Positions 1 through 11,097 of a stretch of 64,000 bases of DNA are shown piece after piece. The notes below the pieces were generated by a model. The model ran no database searches. It worked only from the letters and a program-made list of their open reading frames with translations, and was not told where the DNA came from. The first letter of the stretch is position 1, and every line of letters starts with the position of its first letter. Source of the stretch: Nanobdellota archaeon (GTDB lineage: Archaea; Nanobdellota; Nanobdellia; Pacearchaeales; GW2011-AR1); NCBI GenBank assembly GCA_038046005.1, contig JBBSXB010000001.1, positions 96,001-160,000 on the forward strand, given 5' to 3'. Both the position numbers and the translations under genes were made by a program.

Positions 1-656
1 TGATCCTCAACATACATGTAGTCTCTTATGGAATCTGGAGCACCTATGTAGATATCTTTTCCTTTGATCATCTCTGTTATGAGGTACTCGGTAAAAAAAC
101 CCGGATCGTATTTTCTTCCAAACGTGTTGCTATTTCTTAAAATGACCACATTGAAATTATAAACTTTATTTAGCATCCTCATGTAAATATCCATTGCTGC
201 TTTGCTTACAGCGTATGGACTTGAGGCTTCTAATGACATATCTTCTGTGAAAGGAGTAAACTCTTTTATCCCATAAACTTCTGCTGTTGAGGCTACTACT
301 AGCCTAACTTTTTCAGGGCCATAAAGCTCAAGAATAGCCTCAGCCATATTCACTGACCCGAGATAATTTACTTTCTGGTATGCAATAGGATGTTCAAAGC
401 TTAATCTTACTGGGGATAAGGCTGCAAGATGAAAAACAACATCAGGATTAACTTTTTGAAGAGAGTTTTTTATGGAGGTATAATCTACAATGTCGCATAC
501 GATTATTTTTATTTTGTCTTTAATGTCTTCTATGCTTTCTAAATTTCTTCCGATTACATGCCTAACAATTCCGAAAACTTCATGGCCTTCATTCACTAAT
601 TTATGGGCCAATTCGCTTCCTATAAAACCAGTGATTCCAGTAATCATAACTCTCAT
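1..656 (-). CDS. NAD-dependent sugar epimerase/dehydratase (GDP-mannose 4,6-dehydratase-like), 3' end outside the window
   Basis: ATG at 656 reads MRVMITGITGFIGSELA (GxxGxxG). FHLAA, ASTAEVYG and SPYAVSK (YxxxK) follow, and the frame stays open to the window edge. Not in the ORF track. Confidence 0.9.
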   Translation of the reverse strand, partial: MRVMITGITGFIGSELAHKLVNEGHEVFGIVRHVIGRNLESIEDIKDKIKIIVCDIVDYTSIKNSLQKVNPDVVFHLAALSPVRLSFEHPIAYQKVNYLGSVNMAEAILELYGPEKVRLVVASTAEVYGIKEFTPFTEDMSLEASSPYAVSKAAMDIYMRMLNKVYNFNVVILRNSNTFGRKYDPGFFTEYLITEMIKGKDIYIGAPDSIRDYMYVED

Positions 657-696
657 GAGATTGAGTAAGACTTATGATTTATAAGCTTTATTGACA

Positions 697-1176
697 TCAA
701 GTAATGTTTAACCTAGACAGCAAATTATCAAGATATTTTTTTGATCCTTCTATGTCAGATTCTAATGGGGCCCACGGGGCGAATTCTTTGTAGATTTTAG
801 GGTCGTATGGGCCTTGGGTTATTTCCAAAATCACTGCAGGATTATCAATAACAACTAATGAGTGGAAATTTTTTTCCGGGATGTAGACTAAAGATGATAC
901 ATCCCTAGAAGATTCCGAGACAATTTCGTAGTTTTTTATATCTCCTTCGTCTGTGAAATAGATCGGAGCAAGCTTACCTCTGAGAACTAACCAGTATTCA
1001 TCTAATCTTTCACCATGCCTATGGGGCCTGACGTAAGTTCCTGGAAGCATTGCATTTAGTAAAGGTCTTACTCCCGTGTAATCTGCTGGTTTCAAAGCTT
1101 TAGCCTTCCTTAACCGAGGGTCTTTTCTAGCTTCTTCTAACAAATCATCAATAATTTTTTGGTTGACTGATTCCAT
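697..1176 (-). CDS. WbuC-family cupin-fold metalloprotein
   Basis: LNAMLPGTYVRPHRH...E...FHSLV...EITQGPY...FAPWAP signature, in a glycan cluster. Confidence 0.85.
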   Translation of the reverse strand: MESVNQKIIDDLLEEARKDPRLRKAKALKPADYTGVRPLLNAMLPGTYVRPHRHGERLDEYWLVLRGKLAPIYFTDEGDIKNYEIVSESSRDVSSLVYIPEKNFHSLVVIDNPAVILEITQGPYDPKIYKEFAPWAPLESDIEGSKKYLDNLLSRLNIT

Positions 1177-1272
1177 AAAAAGTCCTACAAAAATGAGTTT
1201 TTAAAGATTTGGACTTCTAAGAGTATATTCTAATTACACAATCTTTTTAAAGAATTATTAGTAAGGTAATTT

Positions 1273-1983
1273 ATGATATTTAAAACAGCAGTGATTATTG
1301 CTGGGGGGAAAGGAGAAAGACTGGGAGATATTGGAGAAGGACTACCAAAACCACTTGTAAAAGTTGAAGGAAAACCAATTTTAGAAAGAATAATCTTGTG
1401 GTTGAAAAAGAATGGTGTGGAAAAAATTGTGATAGGGGTTGCCTACAAAAAAGAAATGATTAAAGATTATTTTGGTAATGGTAATAGACTTGGTGTAAAA
1501 ATAATTTACACAGAACATGATGAGAATGGGGGAACTGAAGACGCTTTTAGGACTGCAATAGAAAAGTCTAAGATTGATGATGAAAATTTTTACGCATTGA
1601 ATGGTGATCAAATCACAGATCTTCAACTTGAAGGGGTTACAAATAAACATTTAGTTTCACACGCAACAGTAACCATGATTACCACTAATCTAAGGACCAA
1701 CTTTGGAATTGTGCAGATTGATGACAAGAATAGAATTGCTAACCTAAAAGAGAAGGGAGAAGTGAAAGGATTGCTCATCAATACCGGAATTTATGTTTTC
1801 AATAAAAAAATAAAAAATTATTTGGTCGGGGGAAACATAGAAGAAAAGGCTTTTAGAAAGCTGATAGAGGAAAAAAACATGATTTCATTTTACTATGACG
1901 GGCTGTGGACCAGCTTTAATGACAAAAAAGAACTCGCAGTAGCTGAAAAAGCAATTAGGGAATTTAGCGGACTGATTGATTAA
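1273..1983 (+). CDS. Sugar-phosphate nucleotidyltransferase
   Basis: AVIIAGGKGERL..PKPLV, NGDQI and INTGIYVF motifs. Confidence 0.9.
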   Translation: MIFKTAVIIAGGKGERLGDIGEGLPKPLVKVEGKPILERIILWLKKNGVEKIVIGVAYKKEMIKDYFGNGNRLGVKIIYTEHDENGGTEDAFRTAIEKSKIDDENFYALNGDQITDLQLEGVTNKHLVSHATVTMITTNLRTNFGIVQIDDKNRIANLKEKGEVKGLLINTGIYVFNKKIKNYLVGGNIEEKAFRKLIEEKNMISFYYDGLWTSFNDKKELAVAEKAIREFSGLID

Positions 1984-3100
1984 AATGAAAATCGGAATTG
2001 TGGCAGACGGCCCAAAAATATCGGGAAGCATGAAGTATATATTACAGCTTTATTCTAGAATTAGAAAAAAAGAAAAAACTTCACTTTTACATTTGGCATA
2101 TGAGGGCAGATTAGATTTAAAAGGCTTAGACGTTGAAGAATTAAAACCTATAAAACTACCTTTTTTTAGTTATTTTTTTAACTTTGGAATTTATTATCCG
2201 ATAAAAACTTGCTTTAAGTCACTGTCAAATTCTTTTGATATTATTCACTTTTCAAGGCACTATCCATTTTTTATCCTTTGGCATAAAATTCTAACAAAAA
2301 AAAAGATAGTTATTACATCGCATGATCTTTGGAAGTTAAACCATAGATATTTATTATTTTTAACAAAAATTCTTAAAAGAGTGGACAAAATAATTACTGT
2401 CTCCAATGCAACAAAAAAAGAGCTGGTAGATTTGGGGCTAAATGAAGAAAATATTGAAGTAATTTATCATGGGGTTGATAAAACAATTTTTAAGCCAATA
2501 GGTAGAGATAAAGCATTTAATCTTTTAACTAAAACAAAACTTCATGACAAGGTAAAAATTTTAAAAAATGCAAGTAAAATATTTTTAAGTGTGAGTAATG
2601 ATACTGAAAGAAAAAATACATCTAGGGTGTACGAAGCATTTTCAAAATACCTCAAGAAGGATGATAAAGCATTACTAGTAAGAGTGGTCTCGGCCACTAA
2701 CAAGAAAATTATAGAATCTCAGACTAAAAGATTCAGCAGTAATGTATTATTTTTGCAGGGATTGTCTGAGGAAGAAATTAGTTTGATGTACAATATTTCG
2801 GATTTGTTCGTTTTTCCATCAATTTGTGAAGGGTTCGGTATGCCTTTACTGGAAAGTATAAGCTGTGGAACCCCTTGTGTTACATCAAACTTCCAGCCGA
2901 TGACCGAAGTTGTCGGTGAATCTGGGATTTTAGTGGATCCTTACGATGTTGATTCCATTTATCAAGGTCTAATTTTGTGCCTAAAGAACAGAGATGTTCT
3001 TTCAAAAAAATCTTTAAAAAGGGCAGAACTATTTTCATTAGATAAAACTTTTCTTAAAACGTACGAGGTTTACAAAGATTTACAACAGGCCACAAAATAA
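1976..3100 (+). CDS. Glycosyltransferase family 4 (start may be 1985)
   Basis: FVFPSICEGFGMPLLESISCGTP GT4 motif. Confidence 0.9.
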   Translation: MIKMKIGIVADGPKISGSMKYILQLYSRIRKKEKTSLLHLAYEGRLDLKGLDVEELKPIKLPFFSYFFNFGIYYPIKTCFKSLSNSFDIIHFSRHYPFFILWHKILTKKKIVITSHDLWKLNHRYLLFLTKILKRVDKIITVSNATKKELVDLGLNEENIEVIYHGVDKTIFKPIGRDKAFNLLTKTKLHDKVKILKNASKIFLSVSNDTERKNTSRVYEAFSKYLKKDDKALLVRVVSATNKKIIESQTKRFSSNVLFLQGLSEEEISLMYNISDLFVFPSICEGFGMPLLESISCGTPCVTSNFQPMTEVVGESGILVDPYDVDSIYQGLILCLKNRDVLSKKSLKRAELFSLDKTFLKTYEVYKDLQQATK

Positions 3101-3101
3101 A

Positions 3102-4157
3102 ATGAAAATTCTTATGATTGCTACATATTACTTGCCCCGAGTTGGGGGTGGAGAGGATACTATAAAAAATTATTGCAGGATTTTTAAGAAAAAAGGGCAT
3201 TATGTAGAGGTAATAACAAAAAAATATGATATGTCGCTTAAAGACACTGAAATAATTGAAGGTGTCAAGATTCATAGAGTCCCTTACCACAGAAGTAACA
3301 AGCTAGGATTGGTTAAATTTTGGAGATGGATGTGGAAAAATAGAGCGAAGTTTAAGGATTTTGATGTAGTCATGTACAATGATTTTTCAACTTTTTATTG
3401 GTATTTACCACTTAAATTTTATTTTAAAAAACCAGATGTTATTTTGTACTACGGGTATGAGGGTTTTCCGATAAAAATAAAACACAAAATATTAAGAAGA
3501 ATTGCAAAAGAGTTTACAAAGAAAAGCATTAATGGAGGAAGATATCTTGATAAGTATTACGGATTTAAAACTGATGATTATATTTATGAAGGTGTAGGGG
3601 ATATAGAAAAAGTTCCAGTTAGTAAGAAAAAAAATAAGGCGGTTTTTATAGGCGGTCTTAGAAAAGACACATCTATATTGGAATATTTGAAATTCTTGAA
3701 GATTTTGAAGCAAAATCATGGCATTAACCTTGGCTTAGATGTCTATGGTGGAGGAGATTTGGATAAACTGGCAAAAACATATGCCAAAAATAATAAATTA
3801 AATGTTATTTTTCATGGAGTTGTTCCAAATGCAAAGAGGTTCATTCCAATGTATAAATACGGATTTGCAACTCAATGGGGTTCAATAATGGACTGCATGA
3901 GGTCTAGAACATTGATCTTTGCGCTTTGTAAACTTCCAATTACATTAGACTATGACAGAGAGATTCTTGATGAAGGGCGATATGGAATAATCAGTACAGA
4001 TCCTGGGGAAATGGTTGATAAGTTTATTAAGTGTTACAAAAATGAAAAACTGTTTAAAGACATAACAGCTCAAGCTTATGACCACTCAAAAACAAGAACA
4101 TGGAATAAAATAGCTGGAAAGATACTAACCATATTGGAGCAAGCCATCAAGAGTTAA
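3102..4157 (+). CDS. Glycosyltransferase family 4, divergent
   Basis: MKILMIATYYLPRVGGGE N-terminus and GT-B layout; the C-terminal ExxxxxxxE motif is degenerate. Confidence 0.75.
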   Translation: MKILMIATYYLPRVGGGEDTIKNYCRIFKKKGHYVEVITKKYDMSLKDTEIIEGVKIHRVPYHRSNKLGLVKFWRWMWKNRAKFKDFDVVMYNDFSTFYWYLPLKFYFKKPDVILYYGYEGFPIKIKHKILRRIAKEFTKKSINGGRYLDKYYGFKTDDYIYEGVGDIEKVPVSKKKNKAVFIGGLRKDTSILEYLKFLKILKQNHGINLGLDVYGGGDLDKLAKTYAKNNKLNVIFHGVVPNAKRFIPMYKYGFATQWGSIMDCMRSRTLIFALCKLPITLDYDREILDEGRYGIISTDPGEMVDKFIKCYKNEKLFKDITAQAYDHSKTRTWNKIAGKILTILEQAIKS

Positions 4158-4188
4158 TTTAAAACATTTTTAAGCGTTAAGATTTTAA

Positions 4189-5295
4189 TCAATCAGTTTT
4201 GTTAAAAAAATCATCCAAACAACCACACACTCTTTTCTGATCATCCAGAGTTAACTCACCATGAAGAGGTAGAGAAAGAAGATTGTTGAATAGTAAGCTA
4301 GAATTTGTTAGCCCCCCCATATTTTTCAGATTTGCAAACGCTGGTTGAGTATGAAGCGCAAACGTTCCTATTTGGGATTCTATACCCTCACTGTGCAGAT
4401 AGGAAATCACAGAGTCTCGTATTCCGTTTTCTTTTAGGAGCACAGTATAGGATTGAAAATTATGTTTATTCCCTTCTGAAACATATGGTATTGTAAGGTA
4501 GCCTTTTTCCTTTAAAAGTTGGTTATATGAAAACGCTTTTTCTATTCTTCCGGTCACAATTTTTTCTAATTTTTTTAATTGTTCCAAACCTATTGCTCCA
4601 AGGATGTTGCTAAACTTATAATTTGATCCCAAGGTTACAAATCGACCTTCTTCCATCCCAAAATGTTTGAAAGAATGCATTTTATTGTAAAGAATCAAAT
4701 TGTCGGTGGTTATCATCCCCCCTTCACCAGTAGTAATTACCTTCCTGGGATGAAGACTAAAACAGGTAAGATCAGCAAGCGAACCCACCTTACACCCATC
4801 CAATTCTGACCCAAGGCTACATGCAGCATCTTCAATCAAAGGGATCCCAGCATTTTTTGCAAAGTCATAGATTTCTTTGTCTAAAGGATTTCCCCCCCAT
4901 GATACTGGCATAATTGCTTTTATTTTTGGAGTAATAGCTTCCTTTATTGCTTCGAGGGTTACGTTTCGTGATTTGACATCAACGTCAACAAGAATTGAAT
5001 CGGCTCCAACAAGCATTACAGCTTCTGCTGTTGCAGGGTAGGTAAAATCTGGCATTACTACTTCATCTCCAGGGCCAATATTAAGAACTCTTAATGCTAG
5101 TTCAAGAGCAATGGTACAATTTGGAACCGCCACAGCATATTTTGCACCGACACTTTTTGCAAATTCTTCTTCAAATTTTTTAGTCACAACACCTTCAGTC
5201 AAAAATTTAGAGTCAAAAACTGCCTTTACTGCATTCAACTCTTCATCCCCCATTGTGGGTCTTGATAAGTGTATGTATTTTTGATTCTGTCCCAT
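4189..5295 (-). CDS. DegT/DnrJ/EryC1/StrS PLP-dependent sugar aminotransferase
   Basis: IEDAACSLG and FSLHPRKVITTGEGGM motifs. Confidence 0.95.
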   Translation of the reverse strand: MGQNQKYIHLSRPTMGDEELNAVKAVFDSKFLTEGVVTKKFEEEFAKSVGAKYAVAVPNCTIALELALRVLNIGPGDEVVMPDFTYPATAEAVMLVGADSILVDVDVKSRNVTLEAIKEAITPKIKAIMPVSWGGNPLDKEIYDFAKNAGIPLIEDAACSLGSELDGCKVGSLADLTCFSLHPRKVITTGEGGMITTDNLILYNKMHSFKHFGMEEGRFVTLGSNYKFSNILGAIGLEQLKKLEKIVTGRIEKAFSYNQLLKEKGYLTIPYVSEGNKHNFQSYTVLLKENGIRDSVISYLHSEGIESQIGTFALHTQPAFANLKNMGGLTNSSLLFNNLLSLPLHGELTLDDQKRVCGCLDDFFNKTD

Positions 5296-5357
5296 TGGTT
5301 CTTTAAAAGACTACTATTTAAAAGGATATCTGTTTTGAGGACACAAATGTTTAAAAT

Positions 5358-6134
5358 ATGTATAATCTACAAAAAATAATGAAGAATAACCCTTCAAATC
5401 TCAAGCAGGTATGGGAAGAATATTACGAAGAGGAAAGTGACACTGCAATAAAAGATAAGCCTTTTTTCTTGCTGGAAACAGAAACGATAGAAAAAGAAGT
5501 TGGAAAAATTGCAGAGAATAAAAAAAAGTTGAGTATCTTGGAGTTAGGATGTGGAACTGGCTTTTTAGCAAAAAGATTGATAAAAACTGTCTTCAAAAAT
5601 CAAGAGTACACTTACACTGGAGTAGACATATCAAATAAGGCAATTGATAAAGCAAAAAAAAGAAAAATACCCAAGACTTTTTTCATGGAAGCTGATTTTT
5701 TTAATTTTTTTGAGAAAAGCACAAAAAAATATGATTTAATAATCTCCCAGAGATCCATAATGGCATTATTAAAAAAGGAAGAGCAACTAAAACTTTTAGG
5801 TTTAATTAACTCTAGGCTGACAGATAAGGGCATCGGACTGTTTACAGAGTGTCTACATGAAGCTTCTGAAGAAATAAATGATTATCGAAAACAATTAGGG
5901 ATTGAGCCATTTAAAAAAGTTTGGCACAGTAGATACCTGAGAATTGACGAAATAAAACAAATTTTTGAAAAATACAAGATTGTTGACTTTTGCTCTACTT
6001 ACTGGCTAATAACAAGAATTATCTACCCTTATTTTAAAGAACCAAAACATAACACCCGTTTGTCTAAAGTTGTAGCAGAGTTCCCAGAGTCGGGAAAATA
6101 TGGGCTGGTTAAACTAATAATTGTTCAAAAATGA
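5358..6134 (+). CDS. Class I SAM-dependent methyltransferase
   Basis: ILELGCGTG and GVDIS motifs. Confidence 0.85.
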   Translation: MYNLQKIMKNNPSNLKQVWEEYYEEESDTAIKDKPFFLLETETIEKEVGKIAENKKKLSILELGCGTGFLAKRLIKTVFKNQEYTYTGVDISNKAIDKAKKRKIPKTFFMEADFFNFFEKSTKKYDLIISQRSIMALLKKEEQLKLLGLINSRLTDKGIGLFTECLHEASEEINDYRKQLGIEPFKKVWHSRYLRIDEIKQIFEKYKIVDFCSTYWLITRIIYPYFKEPKHNTRLSKVVAEFPESGKYGLVKLIIVQK

Positions 6135-7012
6135 AATCTATTTTGATAACTGGCGGAAGCGGTTTAGTTGGAAGTAATGTTGCTAAATTTTTTAATAATA
6201 AAGGTTATAAAATTTTTACGGTTGATTTGAAAGAAAGTTCATTTAACAACCATATTGTGTGTGACTTGAGCAAAAAAGAAAATTTAGTAAAGCTGCCAGA
6301 GAAAGTTGATTATGTTTTTCATTTTGCGGCGCATGTGGATGAGAAAGATGAAAATAAGGAGTATTTACTAAGAAATAACGTACTTTCTACATTAAATGTA
6401 TTAGAATATGCTCTTAAAAATAAGGTTGAAAAAGTTGTTTATTCCTCAAGCAGTGCAGTCTATGGAAAGACTGAAGAGTACCCAATAAAAGAAGATTTCT
6501 CAAAAAAGCCCCAGTCAATTTACGGAATATCAAAATATTTTGGAGAAGAACTTTGTAATCTCTATCGGAAAAGAGGGTTGCAAATAATATCATTCAGATT
6601 AGGTTATGTTTTGGCTCCAGTAATCCCAGAAAGGTATTTTATTTACAGAATTATGAAAAAACTAAACAATAATGAGTGTATCACAATCACAAATGGAGTC
6701 AAGAATAGCATGTCATTTGTTGATGTGGAAGACATAGGGGCTTTTTGTGAGGAAGGGTTGAATAAAGACCTAACTGGGAATTTTAATCTGACAGGCCAAA
6801 GAGAAGTGAATTCAAAAGAGGTCATAGATCTTCTAGTTAAAATGTTTAAAGAATATTCTGGAGAAATTAAAGAGGAAGAAAATAATTCAATCATGAGAAA
6901 TTGTTTTTCCAATGAGAGACTTTACTCGACGTTTAATCAGAGGTATAGGCTCGGTATTGAGGATTCTTTAAACAGAATAGTCGCTAGTTTTAAAGACGGT
7001 CTAACGGAGTAA
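6131..7012 (+). CDS. NAD-dependent epimerase/dehydratase
   Basis: ITGGSGLVG, SSSAVYG and YGISK motifs. Confidence 0.9.
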   Translation: MKSILITGGSGLVGSNVAKFFNNKGYKIFTVDLKESSFNNHIVCDLSKKENLVKLPEKVDYVFHFAAHVDEKDENKEYLLRNNVLSTLNVLEYALKNKVEKVVYSSSSAVYGKTEEYPIKEDFSKKPQSIYGISKYFGEELCNLYRKRGLQIISFRLGYVLAPVIPERYFIYRIMKKLNNNECITITNGVKNSMSFVDVEDIGAFCEEGLNKDLTGNFNLTGQREVNSKEVIDLLVKMFKEYSGEIKEEENNSIMRNCFSNERLYSTFNQRYRLGIEDSLNRIVASFKDGLTE

Positions 7013-8045
7013 ATCTTGCTTTTAAAGGAACCATATATTTCATGAATATAACTTCTGCAGGAGTTTTCATCTTTGTATAGAGTTTGTCTGTAAGTGAAAA
7101 ATGGGTGACTCTGTTCCCAAACTTAACACTACTTGCATTTGCTACAGTGATCAAAAGAACATCTGAAGAAGAGCCTTCGATATTTGAGATTACAGTTTTT
7201 GGATCTTGTGTTAATAAGATTTTGAATTGATAGTCTCTTGTGGACAGAACATCTTCCCTCGAAGAAGCATCTTGTCTTGTGTCAATAGTATAACCACTGT
7301 ATTTATTAAGATCACGACCAAATTCTCCTAAAAAGTTGGACATCAAGTTTAATTTTTCTTGTATATCCAGATTTTTATAAGAAGAAAAACCTTCAACCAC
7401 TTTTGCAGGATTACCTCTAGCAAGCGAGTTTGGGAGGACATCTTTTGTCACATTACTCTGGAAAAGAACAATTGCCCTATCTCCGATGGTTACTCCAGGA
7501 GAAACATAAACCGAACCTGTAAGCCAAACATCATTTCCTATAGTGACGGGCGCAATAGAATTAACAACGCATCCTTCCAATAGTTCTCCATGGTATCCAT
7601 GAGAGTATATCTCTGAGCGAGCCCCAATACCAACATTATTACCAATTGTTAACCCTCCAGATGAATTAAGAATAGCATCGCTACCTACCCAGAAATTATG
7701 GCCTATTGAAAGAGGTAAGTGACCTTGAAATCTAACTCCGTCCTGGACTGTCGCATAATCACCAATAGATAATTTAGGAAGGTAAATCTTACAATTTTCC
7801 CACACATCACAAAAATCCCCAAGACTCAATGATTCAAGGTTAATTTTTCTAGAAGAAACAACATTAACTCCTCTCCTGATTCTGGTCCCATCACCAACAT
7901 AAATTTTCTCTCCAGCTAGTGAAACTCCATCTTCAATTATGACATCTTTTCCAATGTATAAATTGGCTGCTTCAATGTAAGCTCGCTTAGACACTTTTGC
8001 AGAATTATCAACGTATGAATTCGTTGCCTTTATATTTTGGGGCAT
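6990..8045 (-). CDS. Hexapeptide-repeat (LbH) acyltransferase with C-terminal extension
   Basis: Repeated IGxx hexapeptides, VTIGNDVW and GNPAKVV. Confidence 0.85.
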   Translation of the reverse strand: MPQNIKATNSYVDNSAKVSKRAYIEAANLYIGKDVIIEDGVSLAGEKIYVGDGTRIRRGVNVVSSRKINLESLSLGDFCDVWENCKIYLPKLSIGDYATVQDGVRFQGHLPLSIGHNFWVGSDAILNSSGGLTIGNNVGIGARSEIYSHGYHGELLEGCVVNSIAPVTIGNDVWLTGSVYVSPGVTIGDRAIVLFQSNVTKDVLPNSLARGNPAKVVEGFSSYKNLDIQEKLNLMSNFLGEFGRDLNKYSGYTIDTRQDASSREDVLSTRDYQFKILLTQDPKTVISNIEGSSSDVLLITVANASSVKFGNRVTHFSLTDKLYTKMKTPAEVIFMKYMVPLKARFTPLDRL

Positions 8046-8099
8046 AGATTAAAAGGAGTAACGGCATTTAAAAAATTATGTGTTTTTAAAAATGGTTAA

Positions 8100-9098
8100 T
8101 TAAGAATTTTTCGATTCATCTCTCCATTGAATTAATTTTGTTAAACCATAAGGTAAACTGTATACTGGTTTGAACCCCAACATTTCTTCAGTTTTTTTAG
8201 TACTACCAATCCTGTTTTTCACAAGAAGTCTTGCGTCACCTTCACTATAGGGGTTAAATTTAACAGTCAAATCTGAATTCTTCAATTTAAGTATTAGGTT
8301 GCATAATTCTCTAATTGTTGTTTGAACACCCGTACCAACATTAAAAAATTCATCGGATAAAGGTGATTTAAGCGCAACAATATTGTACCTGGCAACATCT
8401 TCAACATAAACAAAATCGTAAGCCTGGGTGCCATCTCCATTTATAATTGGTTGTTCATTTGCATCTATTTTGTTAAGCATTATAGGCACAACTCCAGAAT
8501 AAACCGAGTCTTGATTTTGTCCTGGGCCATAAACATTCATGTACCTTAACCCAACATAATCTAAACCAAACCTATCATGAAAAGCTCTGCACATTGCTTC
8601 ACCAGAAATTTTAGTAGCCCCATAAAAATTCCTATTGTTGAAAGGATGATTTTCACTCATTGGAATTTCAACTGCATCACCATAAACAGAAGCGGAAGAA
8701 GAGTAAATAAGTTTACTTATCTTATTTTTTACACAAGATTCAAGAACATTAAACGTTCCTTCTGTATTTACCTTAAAGGCAGTTCGCGGAAAATCTTTGC
8801 AGTGAAGAAGCCACATAGCCGCCAAATGAAAAACATAGTCTACCCCTATCATTGCATCATCGAGGGTGTCTAGATCATTTATGTTGCCACCATTAGGGTA
8901 TATAACGCAACGTGAATCCAACAATAATTTTTCTAGATTTTCCATTTTGCCTCTAGAAAAATTATCATAGACTACTACTTTGCCAACATTCTCTTTAAGA
9001 AGTTCAGAAACAACATGTGAACCAATGAAACCAGCACCACCAGTGACCAAGATTTTTGCCCCATTCAGATTGTTTTCCATTTTAGTGAGATTAAACAC
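8100..9098 (-). CDS. NAD-dependent epimerase/dehydratase (likely start 9080)
   Basis: VTGGAGFIG, SSSASVYG, YGATK and RYMNVYGP motifs. Confidence 0.92.
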   Translation of the reverse strand: MFNLTKMENNLNGAKILVTGGAGFIGSHVVSELLKENVGKVVVYDNFSRGKMENLEKLLLDSRCVIYPNGGNINDLDTLDDAMIGVDYVFHLAAMWLLHCKDFPRTAFKVNTEGTFNVLESCVKNKISKLIYSSSASVYGDAVEIPMSENHPFNNRNFYGATKISGEAMCRAFHDRFGLDYVGLRYMNVYGPGQNQDSVYSGVVPIMLNKIDANEQPIINGDGTQAYDFVYVEDVARYNIVALKSPLSDEFFNVGTGVQTTIRELCNLILKLKNSDLTVKFNPYSEGDARLLVKNRIGSTKKTEEMLGFKPVYSLPYGLTKLIQWRDESKNS

Positions 9099-9156
9099 TT
9101 TGCCTAGTAAAAAAAGAATGTTTAAAAGATTTTCGGTATAAAAACGAATGTATTAG

Positions 9157-11046
9157 CTAAATGTTAGTTGTAGAAACATTCATCTCTTTATACACTCCAT
9201 TATCAATATAAAGATTATGCCAAACTTCAAAACAGAGCATGTTCCAAATGAGGTTGTATTTTCTTGTTAATTTTGGAGAAGGTGGAGAAGAAAGTATTTT
9301 TTTTATGTAATCTTGATTGATCATTCCCTTTTTAACTAAAACTCCATCAATCAATTTTTGTTGTGCTAAATCCCTCACTTCACTTATATAAGTTTCAAAA
9401 TTAGTTGGACCAAAACCTTGTTTAGGTCGATTGATGGAATTTAACCCGATTTTTTCCCGCATAACTTTTTTTAGAAGATATTTTCCCACACCTCCATTGA
9501 TTTTTAATGAATGGGGAATCGAAAAAGCAAAATTTATTAAAGTTTTGTTTAAAAAAGGTACTCTGGATTCTAGAGAATTAGCCATAGATGTAACATCGTC
9601 AACGAATAGGAAATCATCAACCATCTTGACCTTAAAGTCTGCTTTTAACATTTGAGTTAAAACATCATTATTGCCCTTGAAAAATTGCTGGTATTTTGAT
9701 GTTAAATTACTCCATGTAAAATTTTTAAGGGTTTTTCCATATATATCTGAGTATTCTTCTGGAAAGATTTTGTCTAGCGACTTTGAAAGCAAGTAGAAAT
9801 CCGCCTTTTTATTTTGTTTGAGTAGAGAAGACAAAACTTGGCCCAATTCTGCAAAAGAAAGATCATCGGAACTATTTTTTATTTTGGAAATAAGCAGATC
9901 AAATTGCTCTTTAGAAAGAATAACCTTTTGGTCGTTGTTCAAAGCATATAAATACTTGTGATAGTATCCTGCAAAAAGTTCGTCAGAACCAAGTCCACTC
10001 AATACAACTTTAACATGCTTAGATGCTTCCTTTGCAATATAATAAGGATATAAGTTTCTTTTAGGAGTATCAGCATACCAAATAAGCTTAGGAAGTTCTT
10101 CCAAAAAATTGTCTGAGATTATTATGTTTCGATGATCCACATTTAACTTTGACGCCATTTCTTGTGCATGCTTAAATTCATCATTATCTTCGTTGAAACC
10201 CATACAAAAAGTTTTTATTTTGTGGGATGAAAATTTAGAAGCATAATAAGTTATTGTACTACTATCTATCCCACCAGAAAGGTAGACACCAATTGGTACG
10301 TCACTTATTAAATGGGATCTTACTGATTCTTCTAAAAGTTTGGACATATTTTTTTCATAATAAGAAAAATCGTAGTTTGTTTCCTTAACTTTTAAATCCC
10401 AATATTTAACTATTTTTACCCCATTCTCGGAAATTTTTATAAAGTGGCCCGGAAGTAATTTTTTTATTCCTTTAAAAAGTGTTCCCTCGAAGGGGATAAA
10501 TCTGAAGTTCAAAAATTCGTGTGCCGCATTAAGGTCCACTTCCCTTTTTATTTCATCATTTTGTAATATTGCTTTAATTTCTGAAGCAAAAAATAACTTG
10601 TTATTTTGCAGGATATAGAACAGAGGTTTGATCCCAACAGGATCTCTTACTAGGTATAAATTTTTTTTGCTGGTGTCCCATAATGCAATAGCAAACATTC
10701 CTTCAAAAAGATCAAAGCAGTTCTCCCCATATTGCTCATAAGCATGCACTATTGTTTCCGTATCGGAATGAGTTTTGAAAATATGGCCTTTCTTTTCCAA
10801 TTCCCATTTTAATTTCAAAAAATTATAAATTTCTCCATTATACACTACCCAGATTGTACCATTCTCATTAGAGATGGGTTGTTTTCCATTAGAAAGATCG
10901 ATAATACTCAATCTTCTGTTACCCAGTCCAACAATTTTATCAGAATAATATCCGTAATCATCTGGCCCCCTGTGAACTAGGGAGTTGGTCATTTTTTTAA
11001 GAAGAGGCATATCTTCTGTCCCATAAAAACCAGCAATTCCGCACAT
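9157..11046 (-). CDS. asnB: Asparagine synthase-like glutamine amidotransferase (probably sugar amidation)
   Basis: N-terminal MCGIAG, RRLSIID, LSGGIDSS and ESRVPFL; located in a glycan island. Confidence 0.93.
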   Translation of the reverse strand: MCGIAGFYGTEDMPLLKKMTNSLVHRGPDDYGYYSDKIVGLGNRRLSIIDLSNGKQPISNENGTIWVVYNGEIYNFLKLKWELEKKGHIFKTHSDTETIVHAYEQYGENCFDLFEGMFAIALWDTSKKNLYLVRDPVGIKPLFYILQNNKLFFASEIKAILQNDEIKREVDLNAAHEFLNFRFIPFEGTLFKGIKKLLPGHFIKISENGVKIVKYWDLKVKETNYDFSYYEKNMSKLLEESVRSHLISDVPIGVYLSGGIDSSTITYYASKFSSHKIKTFCMGFNEDNDEFKHAQEMASKLNVDHRNIIISDNFLEELPKLIWYADTPKRNLYPYYIAKEASKHVKVVLSGLGSDELFAGYYHKYLYALNNDQKVILSKEQFDLLISKIKNSSDDLSFAELGQVLSSLLKQNKKADFYLLSKSLDKIFPEEYSDIYGKTLKNFTWSNLTSKYQQFFKGNNDVLTQMLKADFKVKMVDDFLFVDDVTSMANSLESRVPFLNKTLINFAFSIPHSLKINGGVGKYLLKKVMREKIGLNSINRPKQGFGPTNFETYISEVRDLAQQKLIDGVLVKKGMINQDYIKKILSSPPSPKLTRKYNLIWNMLCFEVWHNLYIDNGVYKEMNVSTTNI

Positions 11047-11097
11047 TGAAATGAGAATCCTAAAGGCTTTTTAAAGTATGTTATTACTAAACGCCAC